A stretch of 48,886 bases of DNA from Kiritimatiellia bacterium (GTDB lineage Bacteria > Verrucomicrobiota > Kiritimatiellia > RFP12 > JAAYLN01): contig JAQULY010000001.1 of NCBI GenBank assembly GCA_028718445.1, forward strand, positions 1-48,886. Reading direction: 5' to 3'. Under the pieces are notes generated by a model. The model was not told the origin of the DNA and made no database searches. It saw only the letters and a list, made by a program, of their open reading frames with translations. Both the position numbers and the translations under genes were made by a program. Positions 18,033 through 26,328 of the stretch are shown one piece after another. Within the stretch, counting starts at the first letter, position 1, and the number at the start of each line of letters is the position of its first letter.

Positions 18033-18051
18033 CGTTCAACGCCCAACTCTC
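18017..18051. repeat. degenerate heptanucleotide tandem repeat (5 units)
   Basis: AACGTTC AACGCGT AACGTTC AACGCCC AACTCTC. Spans the stop codon (18030-18032) of the SDR gene and abuts the next ORF start. Confidence 0.85.
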
Positions 18052-18053
18052 AA

Positions 18054-18512
18054 GTGGTTGTAATGCCGGCAGAACACGACAACACGTTGCAAGACGTCTT
18101 CCGCGTGGTCGCCGACGTGCTGGCGCCGGCGGGCACAGATTGCCTCCTGATCGGCGGATTTGCGGTCAATCACTACGGCTTCTCGCGCAGCACGCTGGAT
18201 ATTGACCTGATGATCCTGGACGACCGGCGGGACGATGTGCGGGAGATCATGAAACGGGAGGGGTTCACGAATGTCACGGTACATGAGAACGTGATGTTCC
18301 TGCACCGTGCCGGGGCTTTACTGCGAGTTGACGTCCTGCAAGTGGACGCGGATACCATGGGGCAACTGCTTTCGCGAGCGGAGCAGGGGGTGGTAGGCGG
18401 GAAAACGGTCAGGTTCCCCGCGCTGAGAGATTTGATCGCCATGAAGCTGTTTGCACTGGCGCAGAATCCCGAACGCCGGATGGCAAAAGACCTGCCGGAC
18501 ATCGCCCAATAA
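18054..18512 (+). CDS. small Pol-beta-superfamily nucleotidyltransferase-fold protein
   Basis: LLIGGFAVNHYGFSRSTLDIDLMI matches the G[GS]-x(9-13)-D-x-D NTase motif. LRDLIAMKLFAL follows. 152 aa (149 aa if ATG 18063 is used). No partner gene adjacent. Confidence 0.5.
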   Translation: MVVMPAEHDNTLQDVFRVVADVLAPAGTDCLLIGGFAVNHYGFSRSTLDIDLMILDDRRDDVREIMKREGFTNVTVHENVMFLHRAGALLRVDVLQVDADTMGQLLSRAEQGVVGGKTVRFPALRDLIAMKLFALAQNPERRMAKDLPDIAQ

Positions 18513-18516
18513 CCCC

Positions 18517-19353
18517 ATGCTTCCGCACCTCCTCAAGCGCATTCTTGGCCAGTTCCTCATGCCTCTGCCGTTGGTCCTGGAGCTGTTTCTGCTGGGATGG
18601 ATGATCAGACACTGGACGCGCTTCAAGCGCACCGGCAGCCTGCTACGTCTCCTCTCCGGTGTCCTCTTCCTGGCGTTCGGGTACGGGATCGGGAACAACG
18701 CCCTCTACCGCCTCGAGCGCCAATATCCTCCCTTCGATCCCACCCCCGCACAGTGCGAGCGACTGCGCGGCTGCGACATCGTTGTGTTGGGGCAGGGCCT
18801 GGCGCCGGACAGCGATTTGCCCGTGCGTTTCCGTGACAACGACGTTTTCCGGGCCCGCATGATGGAAGCCGCGCGCGTGGCGCGTCTCATTCCCGACAGC
18901 CGCCTGTTGATTTCGATGGCCGGCCTTTCGCCGTCCGCCGACAAGCAGGTCGCCCTGGAAGAATACGCCGCGCAGTACCGGTTCGGGCCGGAGCGCCTCG
19001 CGATGTTCACAGACGCCCGCGATACGGCCGAAGAGACTGCCCGCGCGCTCTCGCTGGCCCGCACCAACGTCCTGATTCTGGTGACTTCCGCTTCGCATCT
19101 GCCCCGTGCTCTCCGTCTCTTCGCGCAACATGGCTCTCACCCTCTTCCCGCTTCCTGCGACTACGCGATCCGGGAGCCTTCTCCCCCCTACACCCTTTCC
19201 CGTCTTCCCCTGCCCACCACCCGCAACTGGCTCAACACCGAGCGCTACTTTCACGAAATGCTGGGCGGGTTCTGCGAGATGTGCTTTGGAAAGCGCGAGC
19301 AGCAGGACCAATGTGCGACAGACGCAAGGAGGCTTGAACGCGACGCATCATGA
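18517..19353 (+). CDS. YdcF/ElyC-like DUF218 family protein
   Basis: N-terminal TM segments and LILVTSASHLPRALRLF (the DUF218 'VTSxxHMxRA' region). I use ATG 18517, just after the upstream stop, rather than the longer ORF start 18451. Confidence 0.7.
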   Translation: MLPHLLKRILGQFLMPLPLVLELFLLGWMIRHWTRFKRTGSLLRLLSGVLFLAFGYGIGNNALYRLERQYPPFDPTPAQCERLRGCDIVVLGQGLAPDSDLPVRFRDNDVFRARMMEAARVARLIPDSRLLISMAGLSPSADKQVALEEYAAQYRFGPERLAMFTDARDTAEETARALSLARTNVLILVTSASHLPRALRLFAQHGSHPLPASCDYAIREPSPPYTLSRLPLPTTRNWLNTERYFHEMLGGFCEMCFGKREQQDQCATDARRLERDAS

Positions 19354-19523
19354 ACGAGCTTGGTCAACGAATCGGATTCGTGTGCGGGTTGGCAGAAGGC
19401 TGGCTCAATGGCAGAACAGACTGCCACAACTTCGGCATGAACACCTCCGCCAAGTTCCGCGTACGGTGATCGAAGGAACGAGATCCAAAGCCATTCACTA
19501 TTTTCCGGATCCTGAAGTCACAC

Positions 19524-20630
19524 ATGGACACTCAGACTCCAACGGCTGAACAACCCCTGCCTCAAAGCTCGTCCCGATTGCTGTGGATCGACGTGCTCAA
19601 AGGGTTTGGCATTTATCTTGTCGTCGTGGGGCATTCTCTGGTTGGAGCTGGGGAAGCAACAAGACCTATCTTCAATTACATCTATTCTCTGCACATGCCT
19701 CTGCTCTTCGTTCTTGCTGGGTGTGCTGCCTTTATCTCAATGCAGCGGGCAAAGAGTTACTCAGTCTACATTCGCAAGCATGCTATCAGTCTATTGCTTC
19801 CCGCTGCTGCCTGGGTTTTTCTAGGTCAATTTATTATGCAGCCATACAAAGCCGGCTATGATTTTATGGGTAATGCGCGATCCTTGGTCATTGGATCCAC
19901 AGCGATTTGGTTCCTGCCATCGCTTTTGTACCTGCATGTTCTTTACTGCCTGTTTGATTATCTTCACACGCGATTTTCTTTTCGTCCTCTTGTGCAATGC
20001 CTGTGCGCCCTCGCAATACTAGCGCTCTCTCACTTTCTGCATCGTTGTTTTGGTCTCTCTTCTGAAAAGGCCGGACCATGGGCCCTGCAATGGTTGACTT
20101 GCGGTTACAGCTACTTACCGTCCTTTGCTTTCGGGGTTTTCATCATGAGAAATCAAACTGTTTTCGCAAGGATTTTCAACAGCGCCGTCAGCCTGACCAT
20201 TTGCGTGGCTGTGCTCCTGTTTGTCAACGCCAATCGGCACTCACTACCGTATAGCACTTACCTACGACAAGTTACGGGCATTTCCGCGAGTATCGTCCTG
20301 ATTAAATATTGCTTGTCATACCCTCTGTCGCAGATTGTTTCCAGCCAAGCGTCCCTGTTTGGTCGGTATTCCCTCGTCATTTACCTGGCGCACGGCATGT
20401 GTGTAAATTCTGCGCCTTGTCAACTTGCCGGAATGAACAACCTACTGGCATGTATCATTTATGGCTGCACTTCTCTAATCGTATGCTATGTGTGCGTTGC
20501 CTTGGCAAAGGTGTTGGAGCTTAGCCCTTTCTTGTCCTTTGTGTTCATGGGAAAATGGCGCCGGGATCGCGTCCTGGAGAACCGCCAAAGGACGCATCCG
20601 GCAAAGTATGCCGCACTGACGACTTTGTAG
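19524..20630 (+). CDS. acyltransferase family 3 (membrane O-acyl/acetyltransferase)
   Basis: LLWIDVLKGFGIYLVVVGHSL N-terminal signature and about 10 hydrophobic segments. Visibly lower GC than the flanks. Confidence 0.8.
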   Translation: MDTQTPTAEQPLPQSSSRLLWIDVLKGFGIYLVVVGHSLVGAGEATRPIFNYIYSLHMPLLFVLAGCAAFISMQRAKSYSVYIRKHAISLLLPAAAWVFLGQFIMQPYKAGYDFMGNARSLVIGSTAIWFLPSLLYLHVLYCLFDYLHTRFSFRPLVQCLCALAILALSHFLHRCFGLSSEKAGPWALQWLTCGYSYLPSFAFGVFIMRNQTVFARIFNSAVSLTICVAVLLFVNANRHSLPYSTYLRQVTGISASIVLIKYCLSYPLSQIVSSQASLFGRYSLVIYLAHGMCVNSAPCQLAGMNNLLACIIYGCTSLIVCYVCVALAKVLELSPFLSFVFMGKWRRDRVLENRQRTHPAKYAALTTL

Positions 20631-20700
20631 GAATGCCGACATTTGTGACTAATGCGAGAGCCCGATTGTTGAATTCAGGTCGAGCAGGACTCCAGAAATC

Positions 20701-21426
20701 ATGAAATCAGGAATGCAGCCCAACGACGCAGTCACTTGCCTCTTTGAGGAGAGACCGTTCTTCCACACCGCGCCAGACGGACAGTCCACCAACTGGGCCA
20801 TTCGGAAATCGGTGCTCGACTGGCTTGCCGCTAACGTTAAGCCCGACAGTGTGACGTTGGAGACGGGAGCGGGTTACTCGACGGTTGTCTTCGCCTCTTG
20901 CGGTGCGCGCCATACGGCTATCTCGCCCTTCGGCAATGAGCACGCACGCATTCGCGACTGGTGTGAACGACACGGCATCGGGTGCGACAAAGTGAGATTC
21001 GTTGCCTCGGCTTCACAGCACGTTCTGCCTGCCTTGCAGACGCCGCCGCTTGATGCCGTGCTGATTGACGGAGCCCATGCCTTCCCGTTTCCCTATCTGG
21101 ACTGGTTCTTCCTGGCCGAGCACCTGAAAGTGGGCGGATCGGTTCTTGTCGACGACACACAATTGCGCAGTGTTCTCATTCTGAAAGAGTTTCTGCTGGC
21201 TGAGCGTGGTCGGTGGTCGTTGACCGCCGACCTGGGTCAGACCGCCGTCTTCCGCAAGACGAGCGCCGAAGTATTCTCAAAACAGGCCGACTGGCCCGCA
21301 CAGCCATTCTGCGCCGATTTCGAGGCGCGCCGTCTGCGACAAACGTTTCGCGGGCGCGTGAAGGCAATTCCGCTGCTGGGGCCGTTGGTCCATCAAGGCT
21401 ATCGCCTGTTGCGCATGCGGCGTTGA
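20701..21426 (+). CDS. class I SAM-dependent methyltransferase
   Basis: VTLETGAGYSTVVFA (motif I-like) and VLIDGAHAFPFPYLDWFFLAEHLKVGGSVLVDD. Confidence 0.65.
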   Translation: MKSGMQPNDAVTCLFEERPFFHTAPDGQSTNWAIRKSVLDWLAANVKPDSVTLETGAGYSTVVFASCGARHTAISPFGNEHARIRDWCERHGIGCDKVRFVASASQHVLPALQTPPLDAVLIDGAHAFPFPYLDWFFLAEHLKVGGSVLVDDTQLRSVLILKEFLLAERGRWSLTADLGQTAVFRKTSAEVFSKQADWPAQPFCADFEARRLRQTFRGRVKAIPLLGPLVHQGYRLLRMRR

Positions 21427-21451
21427 ACGTGCAATCGTCCGGCAAGCATCC

Positions 21452-22603
21452 ATGCGGCCAGCCAAGGTTGAGCAAGAGGCGTCTGTGTCTGTCAGTTCCA
21501 TTCACCCAGCGAAACCCAGGATTCTGTTTGATCACACTGCCTTTGTGATGTACCGGCACGGTGGTGTATCGCGATACTATACGGAGATGATTAAGCGTCT
21601 GCCCGATCAGCTCCCAGTTGAACTGTTCATGGGCTTGCACATGAATCGTTACGGGCTGGAGCATGAGCGCTCGCGCATGGCACGGTTCAGGGGATGGCCC
21701 CGGCCCGATGTGCGGTTTACGCATCGGCTGGCCTTGCTGGCGAGCAACCTTTTGTTCGAAGGGTTTGCACGCAATACCGCCGCCGACATTTACCATGCCA
21801 CGAGTTACACGACCCATTTGCGACGATTCCGCGGCCGGCGGGTTTACACTTTCTATGATATGACCGCGCAGCAGTTGCCGCAGTTCTTCCCCCATCGTCA
21901 GTCTGATCTTCGGGCCAAGAGACAGTCGGCTGCGGCGGCTGCCGGTTTGATCTGCATTTCGGAGGCGACGCGTCGCGACGTGATTGAAATTCTGGGAGTG
22001 CCCGAAGCGCTGACCGAGGTCATCCATCTTGCGAACTCCCTGACCGTATCTCCCGATGCACTGAACCCGGAGCCGGAACCCTATGTGTTGTTCGTGGGCA
22101 TGCGCCAGACCTACAAGAACTTCACGACCGTGTTGGAGGCTTGGGCCGAAAGTGCGATGCTGCGTCGAAGTTGCCGCCTGGTGTGTTTCGGGCAGCCGCC
22201 CACGCCGGCAGAGCAGGAACGCATTGCCGCATCGGGTTTGACGGACCGTGTCCGTTTCGTGTCCGGTGACGACGCTCGACTGGCCACGTACTACGCCCAT
22301 GCCACCGTCTTCGTCTATCCCTCCCGCGCGGAGGGCTTCGGCATACCCTTGCTGGAGGCGATGCACTATGGTTGCCCAGTTGTCGCCAGTCGTATCCCAT
22401 GTTTCGAAGAGGTTGTCGGCGATGCCGTAGCCTATTTCAATCCACTGAACGCGTCGGAACTGGCGGTAGTACTTTGCGACTTGCTCGCTAACAGCCGACA
22501 GCGCGAAGCGCTCGCCCGCGCCGGCCGTTTTTGCGAACAACGCTATTCATGGGGTCGTGTCGCCAATGAAACCATTGCGTATTACCAACGAGTGATGTCG
22601 TGA
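21452..22603 (+). CDS. glycosyltransferase family 4 (GT-B)
   Basis: C-terminal YPSRAEGFGIPLLEAMHYGCPVVAS...FEEVVGDA (EX7E region). Confidence 0.85.
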   Translation: MRPAKVEQEASVSVSSIHPAKPRILFDHTAFVMYRHGGVSRYYTEMIKRLPDQLPVELFMGLHMNRYGLEHERSRMARFRGWPRPDVRFTHRLALLASNLLFEGFARNTAADIYHATSYTTHLRRFRGRRVYTFYDMTAQQLPQFFPHRQSDLRAKRQSAAAAAGLICISEATRRDVIEILGVPEALTEVIHLANSLTVSPDALNPEPEPYVLFVGMRQTYKNFTTVLEAWAESAMLRRSCRLVCFGQPPTPAEQERIAASGLTDRVRFVSGDDARLATYYAHATVFVYPSRAEGFGIPLLEAMHYGCPVVASRIPCFEEVVGDAVAYFNPLNASELAVVLCDLLANSRQREALARAGRFCEQRYSWGRVANETIAYYQRVMS

Positions 22604-23730
22604 AGATGACAAACGCCATTCATGTCACGTCCCCGTCGCTTCCGCCGTTGGCGGAGTTCATTCCGTATCTGGAGAAAATCTGGGCTTCGCGTTGGTTGAC
22701 CAACAACGGTCAGTTTCACCAGCAGTTCGAGGCGGCGCTTGCGGATTATCTCGGAGTGAAATACGTCAGTGTCTTCACGAATGGCATGATCGCGCTGCAG
22801 GCGGGCATGCAGGCGTTGCGGATCACCGGCGAGGTCATCACCACGCCCTTCACGTTCGTGGCGACGACCCACGCGATCCACCTCAACGGTTGCACGCCGG
22901 TGTTCTGCGATATCGAGCCCGAGTCCTTCACCCTTGATCCCGAGAAAGTGGAGTCGCTGATAACGCCTCGGACCACGGCTATCCTGCCTGTGCATGTTTA
23001 CGGCAATCCTTGCAGGCACGAACGGTTGAAGCGTGTCGCGGACACCTACGGACTCAAGCTGTTCTATGACGCGGCGCATGTCTTTGGTGTGCGGCAAGAC
23101 GGCCAACCGGTGGCGTCGTGGGGCGACCTCTCCATGCTCAGTTTCCACGCCACCAAAGTCTTCAACACACTGGAGGGCGGGGCGCTGGTGACCGACGACC
23201 CCGCCTTGAAAAGGCGCATCGATTTTCTACGCAACTTCGGGTTTCAGGACGAGGTAACGGTGGTAGCGCCCGGAACCAACGGCAAAGTGGATGAGGTACG
23301 GTCGGCCTATGGGCTGCTGCAACTGAAGTATGTCGATGCCGAAATCGCCAAACGGCGCCGGGTCGCCGACCATTATCGAGCGCATCTGCAGGGCGTCCCC
23401 GGTCTTCGTCTGATGGACGACCAGCCGGGCGTCAAGCACAACTACGGCTATTTTCCCGTCTTGGTGGATGCGCAGGTCTATGGCATGACGCGGGACGCGC
23501 TCTATGAGAAGCTGAAGGCGAATGGCATTTTTTCCCGCCGCTACTTCTATCCGTTGTGCAGCCAGTTTCCGACCTATCGGACACTCCCTTCGGCACTGCC
23601 TGGGCGGCTGCCGGTTGCGGAAAGGGTTGCCGAACAGATTCTCTGCTTGCCGATCTATGCTGACCTGGGTGACTGTGCCTTGGGACAGATTGTGGACGCC
23701 GTGCGTGCAGGGAAGAGAAACTGCATATGA
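22600..23730 (+). CDS. DegT/DnrJ/EryC1/StrS family sugar aminotransferase (PLP-dependent)
   Basis: Family-typical N-terminus and SFHATKVFNTLEGGALV (PLP Lys). GTG 22600 overlaps the upstream TGA (GTGA). ATG 22606 is the alternative start. Confidence 0.9.
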   Translation: MKMTNAIHVTSPSLPPLAEFIPYLEKIWASRWLTNNGQFHQQFEAALADYLGVKYVSVFTNGMIALQAGMQALRITGEVITTPFTFVATTHAIHLNGCTPVFCDIEPESFTLDPEKVESLITPRTTAILPVHVYGNPCRHERLKRVADTYGLKLFYDAAHVFGVRQDGQPVASWGDLSMLSFHATKVFNTLEGGALVTDDPALKRRIDFLRNFGFQDEVTVVAPGTNGKVDEVRSAYGLLQLKYVDAEIAKRRRVADHYRAHLQGVPGLRLMDDQPGVKHNYGYFPVLVDAQVYGMTRDALYEKLKANGIFSRRYFYPLCSQFPTYRTLPSALPGRLPVAERVAEQILCLPIYADLGDCALGQIVDAVRAGKRNCI

Positions 23731-24716
23731 AGACCGTGATGGTGACAGGGGTTGGAGGCGGTGTTGGCCAAAGTGTCTTGAAGGCTTTGAGCGGTGGCCC
23801 CTACCGTGTGGTTGGAGTCGACTCCGAGCCGTTGGCTGCTGGATTGCATGCGGTTGATAAGGCATATCTGGGCGTTTACGCCAGCAATCCTGCATTTGTG
23901 GACCGTCTGTTGGATATATGCGCAAAAGAATGCTGCAAGCTGATCTTTGCGGGCCATGATGTCGAAATTCTTCCAATGGCTGAAAATGCGTCTCGATTCC
24001 AGGCACAAGGTGTAACAGCAGTCGTGAGTTCGCCGGATGTCATTCGCATATGCGATGACAAACTGGCGACAAATGCCTTTCTCAAAGCAAATGGATACGC
24101 GGTTCCTGAAACGTGGCGGCTCGCGGAGGTCACCACAATCAAGGGGCCTGTAGTCCTGAAGCCTCAATGTGGCGGCGCTCGTTCCAGGAATACCTATGTT
24201 GTGCGTTCGACAAAAGAATTTGACGTTTACCGACGCTTAGTCGAGGCGGACAACTGCATTGTTCAGGAATACATTGAAGGCGATGAGTACACGTGCGGTA
24301 GCGTTTCCCTTGGCGGTACGTGCGCTGGAGTAATCGTGATGCGGCGGGTGCTTCGGGATGGGGACACCTACAAAGCGTTTGCGGTGAGGGATGCCAAGCT
24401 TGAAAGCCATGTTCGGGCGATTGTCGAGGCCTTGAAGCCATTTGGGGCATGCAATGTCCAGCTTCGCGTCAGGGATGGCATACCCTATGTGTTTGAGATT
24501 AATGCGCGCTGTTCGGGGACCACCGCGGCGCGTGCGCTGGCTGGGTTCAATGAACCGCGGATGATCGCCGACTACCTCCTGGAAGGACACCCTCCTGTCT
24601 TCCATGTACGTGAGGTCTCGATCCTGCGCTATTGGAACGAGCTCGTCGTGGACAACGCGCGGATTGCTCAACTGCGCGATTCCGGCGTTCTGCAAGGAAA
24701 CGGTGTCGTCCTGTGA
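23727..24716 (+). CDS. ATP-grasp domain ligase
   Basis: VVLKPQCGGARSRN..., IVQEYIEGDEYTC, VFEINARCSGTTAA (CPSase-type ATP-grasp motifs). ATGA overlap with the aminotransferase stop. Confidence 0.8.
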   Translation: MKTVMVTGVGGGVGQSVLKALSGGPYRVVGVDSEPLAAGLHAVDKAYLGVYASNPAFVDRLLDICAKECCKLIFAGHDVEILPMAENASRFQAQGVTAVVSSPDVIRICDDKLATNAFLKANGYAVPETWRLAEVTTIKGPVVLKPQCGGARSRNTYVVRSTKEFDVYRRLVEADNCIVQEYIEGDEYTCGSVSLGGTCAGVIVMRRVLRDGDTYKAFAVRDAKLESHVRAIVEALKPFGACNVQLRVRDGIPYVFEINARCSGTTAARALAGFNEPRMIADYLLEGHPPVFHVREVSILRYWNELVVDNARIAQLRDSGVLQGNGVVL

Positions 24717-25669
24717 CTACTGGCGTGTCTGGGTCCGTTCATCGAGTGCTGGTTACCGGCGCGGCCGGTTTTCTAGGACGGCATGTCGTTGATGTATTGC
24801 TGGCTGAAGGTGCTGCCGTAACGGTCTTGCAGGGACCCGGCGATCCCTCTCAAGACATGTGGACCCGTTGCGCGAGGGTGGTGAGTGGAGATGTTTGTGA
24901 CCCTCACGCGCAAGCGGATGCGCTTGCCGACGTGCAGGGCGTATGTCACCTTGCCGCCTATATCCCGCAGACACACACAGATCATTCGGCGACATTGCGC
25001 TGTCATTTGGTCAACGCCGATGCAACGCTTAATCTTGCGTTGCGGGCGGCGGCGGCGGGGGTGCGTCGTTTTGTCTTCGCGTCGGCGGGCAATATGTACG
25101 CGCCCAGTGATCGTCCCTGTCGCGAAGAGGATCCGCTTTTTCCTGTTGGCCCTGCGAGCGGTTACTTGGCCAGCAAGCTCACGGCGGAGGTATATCTCAA
25201 CGACGTTATGCGCCGAACCGGGCTGGATGTCACGGTTCTTCGGATCGGCACACCATACGGCCCCGGAGAGCCGTCGCGCAAAGTCATACCGTCGTTTCTG
25301 CGGTTGGCTGCTTCCGGAGGCCCGTTACACATCAAGGATGGCGGTGGCGCGACCTACAATTTCATCTATGTAGAAGACGTCGCTCGTTGTTTGGCGTCAG
25401 TTCTTCAAATGGGACCGAGGGGAGTTTTCAATGTGGCGGCGGGCGAGTCAACCTCGCTTCTGGACCTCGCGCGGCATGTCTCGTCTATCTATGGCGACAG
25501 AAAGGTAGCGATCCAGGTCGCCCAATCTCTGTCGCCGCACCCCGATCGCGGCTTCCCGCCCGTCTCCACGGACAAGGCGCGTCGCATGCTGGGGCTGAGG
25601 GCGCGTCCGCTGGCCGAAGGGTTGACCTTGTACAGAGAATGGCTTGAACGCAACGGGGCGGGCGCTTGA
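24713..25669 (+). CDS. NAD-dependent epimerase/dehydratase family protein (SDR)
   Basis: VLVTGAAGFLGRHV Rossmann motif and YLASKLTAE (YxxxK). I start at GTG 24713, which overlaps the upstream TGA (GTGA). The longer ORF start at 24632 lies inside the ATP-grasp gene. Confidence 0.8.
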   Translation: MTTGVSGSVHRVLVTGAAGFLGRHVVDVLLAEGAAVTVLQGPGDPSQDMWTRCARVVSGDVCDPHAQADALADVQGVCHLAAYIPQTHTDHSATLRCHLVNADATLNLALRAAAAGVRRFVFASAGNMYAPSDRPCREEDPLFPVGPASGYLASKLTAEVYLNDVMRRTGLDVTVLRIGTPYGPGEPSRKVIPSFLRLAASGGPLHIKDGGGATYNFIYVEDVARCLASVLQMGPRGVFNVAAGESTSLLDLARHVSSIYGDRKVAIQVAQSLSPHPDRGFPPVSTDKARRMLGLRARPLAEGLTLYREWLERNGAGA

Positions 25670-26316
25670 TGCGGGTGGCGGTTTTCAGCGATGTGCACGG
25701 CAATCTGGTCGCGCTGGAACGGTTCATTGATGCGACCAGGCACGAAGCGGACGCGTATCTGTGTTTGGGAGATGTTGTAGATTACGGCCCCTGGAACGAT
25801 GAGTGCCTGGAACTCGTACTACAGTTGCCGGGAATTGTGTCCATTGAGGGGAATCACGAACGTCTGTTCCTTGGCGACGATAGTCTCGCGGACGAGATTC
25901 CCCTGGTGCAGATGTTCTTTCGATGCTCTTTCGCCTGTTTCTCACACCCCGAACGTATAGACGGTCTTCCCAAACAGACCTGTATCGCCGGTTTTCGTGC
26001 TGTTCATACAATCGGCGGGCGGACCGTCTATCCCGATACCGAGATCTCGATTGCGGAGAACCTGCTGATTGGCCACTCTCACCACCAATTTCAACGCCGG
26101 TGTTCGGGCCACACGCTCGTTAATCCGGGGAGTGTGGGCCAGAACCGTAAGTGGATTGACGTCATCGCTTTCGCTGTGCTTGACACCGACACTGCCAACA
26201 TGGAGTTGAGATCACTGACGTATCCCGTTGACCAGTTTATCTCGGAGATGAAGGCGCGTCGCTACCCCCAAGCGTGCCTCGATTACTATGCCGCGAAACC
26301 GCGAAGAGGCGCGTAG
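25669..26316 (+). CDS. metallophosphoesterase family protein (YfcE/MJ0936-like)
   Basis: MRVAVFSDVHGN, CLGDVVDYGP, GNHE, GHSH motifs. TGATG overlap with the upstream stop. Confidence 0.8.
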   Translation: MRVAVFSDVHGNLVALERFIDATRHEADAYLCLGDVVDYGPWNDECLELVLQLPGIVSIEGNHERLFLGDDSLADEIPLVQMFFRCSFACFSHPERIDGLPKQTCIAGFRAVHTIGGRTVYPDTEISIAENLLIGHSHHQFQRRCSGHTLVNPGSVGQNRKWIDVIAFAVLDTDTANMELRSLTYPVDQFISEMKARRYPQACLDYYAAKPRRGA

Positions 26317-26328
26317 ACAGACTTACCG

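Noticed and set aside
21419-21429. Single GCGTTGAACGT / GAGCGTTCAA half-units at other gene junctions (21419, 28613, 19334, 25648) as further members of the heptamer family
   Set aside because: Each is only one unit and overlaps a TGA stop, so it is easily produced by chance in this composition. They are not counted as repeat copies.
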